Assembly: GCA_039208735.1 (NCBI GenBank)
Contig: JBCCQY010000221.1
Span: forward strand, 1 to 12,063
Source of the DNA: Myxococcota bacterium
GTDB taxonomy: Bacteria; Myxococcota_A; UBA796; GCA-2862545
Length of the DNA stretch: 12,063 nt
Direction: 5' to 3'
This document shows, in pieces, positions 1 to 6,359 of the stretch; the stretch's first letter is position 1, and each line of letters opens with the position of its first letter. The notes below the pieces were generated by a model, which did not search any database, was not told the origin of the DNA, and was given only the letters and a program-made list of their open reading frames with translations. The translations under genes and the position numbers were made by a program.

Positions 1-2
1 AA

Positions 3-140
3 GGCGTCAAGCTGCGCACGCCGAAGGGCGCCTGGCGCGTGAAGATGTTCCAGCTATATGGCGCCAACCCTACGCCGATGGCGTTCTCCGAAGTGTTCAC
101 GGCGCTGCAGACGGGTGTGATCGACGGGCAGGAGAACCCC
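3..140 (+). CDS. dctP: TRAP transporter substrate-binding protein DctP, internal fragment (open at window start, broken at about 140)
   Basis: Frame 3 reads GVKLRTPKGAWRVKMFQLYGANPTPMAFSEVFTALQTGVIDGQENP, the DctP signature (KLR...GA.PTPM.F.EV..ALQTG..DGQENP). Immediately after ENP the translation becomes Arg/Pro-rich antisense-type sequence. Confidence 0.85.
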
Positions 141-1644
141 CGGCCGCGAACACCGCGGACTCCGCACAGAAGCGTGAGTGCTGGCCCTGTGGATCCATGT
201 CGACCACGGCCATGTATTGCTCGTACGCACCACCGAAGTCTTTCAGCTCGTAGAGCAGCTCGCCGTAGCCAAATCGCACGTCGTAGGTGTGCTCGTTACC
301 CGAGAACAAGTCGAGGTACGCGCCGTAGGCCGTCCGAGCCAGTCCGTACAGCTCCTGGGCATCGTCGAGGCGACGCTGCTCCTGGTACTTGCGGCCCGTG
401 TTGTGGTAGTCGACAGCAATCCGACGCAACTGCAGTTCGATTTGGTCGTTCGCGTCCTTGACCGCATCGGTGTTGGCGCGGTTCTCCTTGGCCCAGGTGC
501 TCTCCGCCCCATAGTCCGCCCGCAGCGTCTGGATTTCGGTCAGGACCTTGTCGCGTTCGCCCATCTTCTTGTAGGCGTTGATGATGTCGACCTGGTAGCC
601 CGGGTTGTCGACCGCGTTCTTGTCATCGAGAATCAGCCGCCGGTACATGTCGATGGCGCGCTCGAACTTGCCCTGTTCGAAGAACGTCGAAGCCAGCTTG
701 CGAAGCGTGACACGGATGAGGTCCTTCCGGCCCATCTTAGTGAAGAAGGCAATGGCTTCTTCCATCTGGTCGGCGTCGGCGAAGAAGCGGACGAGGTCCT
801 TGAGGGCCTCATCCTGCAGCTGCATGGTCGTGGTCGTCTGCTGCTGCGAAAGGGAGTAGTCGACGACGGCCTTCATCGTGCCGATGGCCTTTTCGTAGTC
901 GCCAACGTTGTAGTAGCTCCAGCCGAGCTTGTACATCGCGTACGAATACTTGGGGCTTTCCTTGAACTGCGCCGCGCGGGAGTAGGCCTTGAGCGCCTTG
1001 AAGGCGTTGCCTTCCTCTTCGAAGTAGTACTCACCGATGAGCACGTAGGCGTCAGGGACCCACTGCGAACTCGGATAGCGCTTCACCAACGCCCGGAATG
1101 CGTCGACCGACTCGGACTTCCGGTTCATATCGTTGAGGGCGGAGCCCAAGAAGAACGTGGCCTGATCGGCGCGATTGTACTGTGGGTAGTTCCGCAGGAT
1201 GCCCTGGTACAAGCGAACCGCACGGCCCTGCCAGGTGTTCGAACCGTCGTTGTTCGCGGCCACCTTGTCAATGTTGCAGCCTTCGGTGTTGAAGCACTCT
1301 TCAACGCGACGGTCGTAGTCGGCCATTTCCTGCAGGTACAGGTAGCGACCTTCCTGGTAGTAGAGTTCGGCCAGCCGGAGCATCATCTCCGCCTTGGTCT
1401 CACCCTCGGGGTTCCGCTCGAGCAGCGCTTTGAGGCGCGTCATGGATTCGCGGCGCTTCGCTTGCGCGAGCTTTTCAAGCTCGACACTGCGGGCCTGCTG
1501 CTCCTGCTCGATCTTGCGGAGCTTGATCGTCTTGCCGGTGCGGTCCTCGAGGTCGAACGACTCGTCGGCGGCGAACGCCGGGGCAGCCGAAAAACCGACC
1601 AGCAGCGACAACATCGCGAGCGTGGACAGGGACTTGGAGCTCAT
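141..1644 (-). CDS. gltD: GltD/AgmU/NfsD-like periplasmic TPR protein, N-terminal ~501 aa, 3'-truncated
   Basis: ATG at 1644 with GGAGAG Shine-Dalgarno and a signal peptide (MSSKSLSTLAMLSLLVGFSAAPAFA). Many TPR repeats (AEMMLRLAELYY, YPQYNRADQATFFLG, YPSSQWVPDAYVLIGEYYF, YAMYKLGWSYYN). Lies directly downstream of a gltC-like gene. Protein-like sequence stops at AESAVFAA (about 142); the formal stop at 97-99 is reached only through DctP antisense. Confidence 0.75.
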
Positions 1645-1660
1645 CGCTCTCTCCGGTTGG

Positions 1661-1695
1661 AAAAGGACGAGGCCGGGACGCAGCACATCCCGGCC
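1661..1695 (-). terminator. Intergenic GC-rich stem-loop with a delayed short U tract (weak terminator or mRNA-stabilising hairpin)
   Basis: Minus strand: GGCCGGGATG-TGCTG-CGTCCCGGCC (10-bp stem, one G-U pair), followed by TCGTCCTTTT, in the gltC-gltD spacer. Confidence 0.5.
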
Positions 1696-1716
1696 AGATT
1701 CGAAATCAGCTTGCGA

Positions 1717-3576
1717 TTAACGGCACTGGTTCTGTTCGGCGTACTCGTAATATCCAAGTTCGTCGCGCCAGAACTCCCCGTTGAATGGCCAGTAGACGGT
1801 CGTGGGGTCGGCCGCGTAGTCGACGACCGGGCGGCCACCAGATTCTAGATCATCGACGTACTTTGCCCGATAGGCGTAATCGGTCGCCTGGGCATCTGAT
1901 ACCTCGAAGCGGATCACTTCCGACTGAAGCAGCAGGTCTTTCAAGTTTTCGTTCTGCTTCTTCAGCTCGCGGAGAAGCTCGCCACCAGCGCGCTTCTTGT
2001 ACGCGAGTCGATCCTTTTGCATGATCTCGGTCAGGTTGGATCCCACTGTCTCGCGCCACTGTGCAGGCGTTTCCTGAATCTTGACCATCTCTTCATCCAT
2101 CAGGGTGAGGTGGTCGACAATGGCTGCGAGGTCGCGGTTCCGAAGAATTTCGTTGAACATCGACTGATCGAGCGTCGTGGGCTCGGGGTTCTCGCCGAAG
2201 TACCGGTCATAGGCCTGGTCCCAGAGCTTACGGGCCTGTTTGTTCGCGAGGAACTTTGCGAGGACCACATCGATCTCTTCGGTGATCGGCGTGTAGGTTG
2301 TCTCGAAATCCTGCAGCAGGCGCTCGGTCTCGTTCCAGTCGCACAGGTTGAAGAACGTCAACGCACGAAGAACCGTGAGGTCCGGGATGAACTTCGAGTT
2401 CTCGAAGTAGGGAGCCTCGACCGTCAGCACCAAACCAAGCGTCTTGCCCAAGTCGCCCTGGAGGAACTTGGTCCAGCCGCGCTCAAACAGGCTGCGCGGC
2501 CAGTAGTCACTGTCGCGAGCCACTTGGCGGTAGTAGACATCCGCATTGTCGTAGCGCTCAAGCGCGTAGTAGATGCGGGCGATGTTGAGGGTCGCAAGGT
2601 CTTTGAGGTTCTCAACCTCGGCCGCAGCTCGTGCCGTGCCGATGGTCTGCGGCTTCGTGACGATCACTTCGCGGAAGGCCACGACCGCACTCTTAAGACG
2701 GCCCTGCTGCTGGGTGATGACGCCTTCGAAGTACTTCGCGCGAATGTAGAGATCCGAGTTGCCCGACACCGACTTGAAGTGGCTCATGGCCTCGGAAAGG
2801 TTGTCTTTCGCGTAGGCCCGGCGCCCGAGCAGGTAGTACAGCTCGTTGCGAGCCTGCCGGGGGAACGCCTCGGGCGGAATCTTCGAGACGATGCGCAGCA
2901 GTTCGAAGTCGTTGCCCGTCACCTTCGCAATGCCAGTGAGCTTCGGCATGGCGTACTTGAAGAACGGGTTGTTCGGCCCCTTTCGCACCACTTCGAGGAA
3001 GTAGTGCTGGGCGCTGTGGTACATCTGCAGGTCGTAGAGCGCAATGCCCATCGTGTACAACATGCGCGTGTTGTGGCGGGGGTACTTGCCCGCCTTCAGC
3101 ATGTTGTAGATGTCGAGAGCTGCGGTCTGGGACTTGCCCGCCCGCTGCGCCTCAATTGCCTGCTGGAGTGGACCGGGAAGTCCACCTTCGGCCGGCTCGG
3201 GCTCATCGACGATTTGGCTGATGTCGTCCTCGAGGTCGAGCTGGCCACCGAGCGCCTCGACGCTATCGAAGCCGCCGCCGTCTGCCGATGCCCCGTTGGT
3301 CGACCCATTGGCGTCTTCAGAGGCGCCGTTGGTCATCAGACCGGCTTTTTGCGCCGCCGCCTCGACCACCGCATCCGGGGCGCCCTGGTCCTTGAGGCAC
3401 TTGACGTCCCCCGCCGTGACCGAGGTTCGCTGGTTGATGGTCTGCACGACAATCGGAACCTGGAGTTCCAGGTTCAGCATGCGCATCACTTCCGTGCAGG
3501 TGTCCGCCGCATTCGCGGGCGCCGACCACGAGAGACCGGCGACGGCGAGGAGGGCGGTGAGGGTGCGGGCGTTCAT
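1717..3576 (-). CDS. gltC: GltC/NfsC-like periplasmic TPR protein (619 aa)
   Basis: ATG at 3576 overlaps the upstream stop (ATGA). Signal peptide MNARTLTALLAVAGLSWSAPANA, TPR region, and C-terminal YWPFNGEFWRDELGYYEY motif typical of the GltC family. Follows two GltA/B-type barrels. Confidence 0.8.
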   Translation of the reverse strand: MNARTLTALLAVAGLSWSAPANAADTCTEVMRMLNLELQVPIVVQTINQRTSVTAGDVKCLKDQGAPDAVVEAAAQKAGLMTNGASEDANGSTNGASADGGGFDSVEALGGQLDLEDDISQIVDEPEPAEGGLPGPLQQAIEAQRAGKSQTAALDIYNMLKAGKYPRHNTRMLYTMGIALYDLQMYHSAQHYFLEVVRKGPNNPFFKYAMPKLTGIAKVTGNDFELLRIVSKIPPEAFPRQARNELYYLLGRRAYAKDNLSEAMSHFKSVSGNSDLYIRAKYFEGVITQQQGRLKSAVVAFREVIVTKPQTIGTARAAAEVENLKDLATLNIARIYYALERYDNADVYYRQVARDSDYWPRSLFERGWTKFLQGDLGKTLGLVLTVEAPYFENSKFIPDLTVLRALTFFNLCDWNETERLLQDFETTYTPITEEIDVVLAKFLANKQARKLWDQAYDRYFGENPEPTTLDQSMFNEILRNRDLAAIVDHLTLMDEEMVKIQETPAQWRETVGSNLTEIMQKDRLAYKKRAGGELLRELKKQNENLKDLLLQSEVIRFEVSDAQATDYAYRAKYVDDLESGGRPVVDYAADPTTVYWPFNGEFWRDELGYYEYAEQNQCR

Positions 3577-4370
3577 TTCATCCCCGGGAAGAATAGCGAG
3601 AGGCCGCCCAGAACGGCGAAGTTGTTCTTCATCTCGAGCGTCACGCCAGACAGCGTTTCGATGTAGGACAGTCCTCGGCCTTCGACGCGAACGGCGACGT
3701 TCTTGCCGAAGATCACGCGGGCGCCACCACCGAAGCTGACCATGGGATGCCACTGCTGAGGGTTGTTTTCGGCCCCCGACAACAGCACATCGTCGAACGT
3801 GAGCACGGCCCCCGTTCCCAACACCCCGAAGATGTCGACGTTGATGAGGCCGTTGCCGGTCGCCACCTTGCCGTAGATCGGTGAGAACATGATGTTCGCC
3901 CCGAACACTCCCGCGATGCGCGAGATGTCGGGCGTCACTTCATTGAACTGAATGATCTGGCGGGTGACCTGCTTGAAGTCCGGGCAGTTCGGCGGAACGC
4001 CGTCGACCGTGGCCGAGCAGTTCGGCTGTGAAAACGGCGAGTAGGTCGCGGTAGCCTCGATCGCGAGCACTTCCGTCACGTGGTACGCACCGTTCAGCGT
4101 CAGCATGTACTGAACGAGGAACGGGTCGTTGGTGACCGCGCCCGCGGTGAAACCCAACTCATAGCGACCAAGCTTCAGGAACTCTTTGGGCTGGAAGATC
4201 TGGATGATCGACTTGCGTCGTTTCTCCAGAAGCTCTTCTGGCTCCGCAGCTCCCTCGGCGACCGACCGAGTCTCTTCGGCGATCGTCTCTTCGGTCTCGA
4301 AAATGTCGTCCGGAAGCTCCGCATCCTGGGCGTACGCGGAGAACCCGAGAAACAGTGTTTGCACGAACAT
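3573..4370 (-). CDS. Outer-membrane beta-barrel protein, GltA/GltB (NfsA/B)-like
   Basis: GGAG Shine-Dalgarno, signal peptide ending AYA, QPKEFLKLGRYEL, NDPF, FSPIYGK motif, amphipathic beta-strands, C-terminal GLSLFFP. GltA and GltB cannot be told apart by eye. Confidence 0.8.
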   Translation of the reverse strand: MFVQTLFLGFSAYAQDAELPDDIFETEETIAEETRSVAEGAAEPEELLEKRRKSIIQIFQPKEFLKLGRYELGFTAGAVTNDPFLVQYMLTLNGAYHVTEVLAIEATATYSPFSQPNCSATVDGVPPNCPDFKQVTRQIIQFNEVTPDISRIAGVFGANIMFSPIYGKVATGNGLINVDIFGVLGTGAVLTFDDVLLSGAENNPQQWHPMVSFGGGARVIFGKNVAVRVEGRGLSYIETLSGVTLEMKNNFAVLGGLSLFFPGMK

Positions 4371-4386
4371 GTGCGGTATCTCCGGA

Positions 4387-5280
4387 TCAGAAGTCGTACA
4401 GGCGGGGCTTCATCTTCGGGAAGAAGAGTGACACGCCAGCCGAGGCGATGAAATTGTTGAAAATGATGGTTCGCGTCTGCTGATCCGCCGTGTAGAGAGG
4501 CTCATTGTCGAGCCACAGATAGGCGCGCGCGTCGATCTTCACAGCCACCGTCTGGCTGACGAAGTAGTTCTGGCCGACACCCAGCACAACCGCAGGCAAA
4601 ACCTCGTCAAACGACGGATTGTCCGGCGGAACAAGCTCCACGATATCCTGCACGGTCCGACCATCTTCCGGCGTGGGATCGATGTCTTCGAATTCCGCGG
4701 CGAAGTTGCGCTTGAACACCGCCCCCACACCACCCGTCAGGTAGAAATCGAAGTTCAGCACGGTCTCGCCAACGAGGTTGATCTTGCCGTACACCGGCGC
4801 CCATGCGACGGCCAGCGAACCCGCTCCGAGGAGCTTTTCGAGAGGCTGCTGGAAGTCGCCCGTTTCGCCCTGGTTGCTCGCCCGCGTGTTCGCGCGTTCG
4901 AGCAAGACGGCCGTCAGGTCCTTGAGGTCGGATTCTCCGAAGTCGGGAGAGAGCAAACCCTGGAACTGCAGCGAGACATTGTCGCTGATGTGGTAGCCGA
5001 GCTGGAGACTCCCGATGAACCGCCGTGCGAACGAGTTGTTCGTCACAATCCCCGCCGAGGGTGCGAGTTCGAGTCGCTGCTCCTTGATGAAGAACCGGTT
5101 CGCAACCGGAGGAGGCCGCGAACTGCCGTCTTTGTAGGCTTGGAGCGCGGAACGTGCCGCATGGTCTTCATCGTCGTCGGCGGCGTACGCACCGCTTTCG
5201 CCCAGCAGGAGCCCCAGCGTCACGGCGGTCGCAAACAGGGTCCGACCCACGTGGAGCATGCGGTTGAAGTGGAGGTTCAT
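4387..5280 (-). CDS. Outer-membrane beta-barrel protein, GltA/GltB (NfsA/B)-like (297 aa)
   Basis: ATG at 5280 preceded by GGAG. Signal peptide ending AYA, NRFFIKEQRLEL, WAPVYGKINL motif, FDFYLTGGVG, GVSLFFP. Clear paralog of the downstream barrel. Confidence 0.8.
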   Translation of the reverse strand: MNLHFNRMLHVGRTLFATAVTLGLLLGESGAYAADDDEDHAARSALQAYKDGSSRPPPVANRFFIKEQRLELAPSAGIVTNNSFARRFIGSLQLGYHISDNVSLQFQGLLSPDFGESDLKDLTAVLLERANTRASNQGETGDFQQPLEKLLGAGSLAVAWAPVYGKINLVGETVLNFDFYLTGGVGAVFKRNFAAEFEDIDPTPEDGRTVQDIVELVPPDNPSFDEVLPAVVLGVGQNYFVSQTVAVKIDARAYLWLDNEPLYTADQQTRTIIFNNFIASAGVSLFFPKMKPRLYDF

Positions 5281-5410
5281 CCAAGATTCTCCGGACGCAA
5301 CTGGTGTCTGCCGCGTCAGCGGCGACAACGTAGCATGAACGATGCTCCATGGCCGCAGACCAACGGCACCTTCACCCCAATTCCGGTCTCTCGGCGAACG
5401 GCATCGGGCC

Positions 5411-5428
5411 ATGTCAACTTGTTGTCAT
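5411..5428. promoter_or_regulatory. Candidate transcription-factor site overlapping a TTGACA hexamer upstream of the glt-like operon
   Basis: ATGTCAAC-TT-GTTGTCAT is an 18-bp palindrome with one mismatched pair and also a TGTCA direct repeat with 11-bp period. TTGACA reads on the minus strand at 5417-5412. Confidence 0.35.
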
Positions 5429-5462
5429 TGAGCAGGTTTACCCACCCAACCGGCCTCTCAAC

Positions 5463-6359
5463 TCACCGGACGACGTAGTCCTGGGCGTGCCATACCATGC
5501 CCCCGCGCCGGTCCCGGACCACGGCAAAGATCCGTCCCGGCCCGGGTTCCGCCGGAGCGGTCCACGTCATTTCGAGGAACGGATACAGCGTCACCGGTTC
5601 GGTCACGTCGCCGCTCGTCGAAAACCAGGCCGCGTAAGGCTCCTCGATGCGGTCCTCGACGTCTCCCTTCGAATTGACGAAGACGTATTCCTCGATGCCC
5701 AACGCCTCATCGAGGAGCAGCGAGAAGTCGTATTGCTGCCCTGCCGTCAGTTCGATTTGGGCTACCGCAGGCGGCACGACCACGCCATCGACCGTGAAAC
5801 CCTCAATCTGAGGGTTGTTGTTGGGGGTCTTGGCCTCACTCACGACCACCCGCTTGAATCCAACCTCAACCTCGTTGAAGTCGATGTCGTCGGGCACTCC
5901 TGCGGCAAACAGCTCCGCCGGGAAGGCAAAGAGTTGCGTCTGGACGTTCAACCCCTCGAGACGCTCCACCGGATCGAGGTCATCGAGCAGATCGACGCTC
6001 GCTTCGTACCGGGGAGGCAACAAGGGTTCGAAACCGATCAGACCCGATTCCTGAAGGGCCACAGGGTCGGGATTTTCGAAGTCGAGACCTGACAAATCGG
6101 TCGCGCAACCGAAATCACCGCCATCTTCACACGCAAGCCAAACCAGGCTCAACTCCGCGTCATCCTCCACCGGACCCGCGATGAGGGCTTCAAGACTGGC
6201 CACTTCACCGGGTCGAATTTCGGGGGGCTCCGCGCGCACGGCAAGGATGCGGGTGCGGTCGACCTGCCACTCTTCCGAGAGGTCTCTCGGCCGAGGGAAC
6301 TGCTCACTGTTGATGACGCACGCGGTCGAGAACAACCACAGCAGCGGGACCGTCGTCAT
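5463..6359 (-). CDS. Putative lipoprotein partner of the TonB-dependent receptor (298 aa)
   Basis: Short hydrophobic leader ending in a lipobox-like STA-C14. RILAVRAEPPE motif, acidic, beta-rich. ATGA overlap with the receptor stop codon. Confidence 0.75.
   Translation of the reverse strand: MTTVPLLWLFSTACVINSEQFPRPRDLSEEWQVDRTRILAVRAEPPEIRPGEVASLEALIAGPVEDDAELSLVWLACEDGGDFGCATDLSGLDFENPDPVALQESGLIGFEPLLPPRYEASVDLLDDLDPVERLEGLNVQTQLFAFPAELFAAGVPDDIDFNEVEVGFKRVVVSEAKTPNNNPQIEGFTVDGVVVPPAVAQIELTAGQQYDFSLLLDEALGIEEYVFVNSKGDVEDRIEEPYAAWFSTSGDVTEPVTLYPFLEMTWTAPAEPGPGRIFAVVRDRRGGMVWHAQDYVVR

Noticed and set aside
39..461. 140-aa plus-strand ORF as a complete gene
   Set aside because: Only the first 34 residues are DctP; the rest is antisense to the gltD-like gene.
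178..3666. Long plus-strand ORFs 178..1848 and 2017..3666
   Set aside because: Antisense shadows of the gltD- and gltC-like genes, common in high-GC DNA; no recognisable motifs.
3577..3753. N-terminal extension of the gltC-like ORF (likewise 5281-5412, 9059-9259, 1645-1686)
   Set aside because: Downstream ATGs give signal peptides, mostly with a Shine-Dalgarno or ATGA coupling; the extensions look like non-protein sequence or overlap other features.
5330..5412. Sigma-54 promoter upstream of the glt-like operon
   Set aside because: The TGG-initiated candidates do not have the GG-N10-GC spacing.
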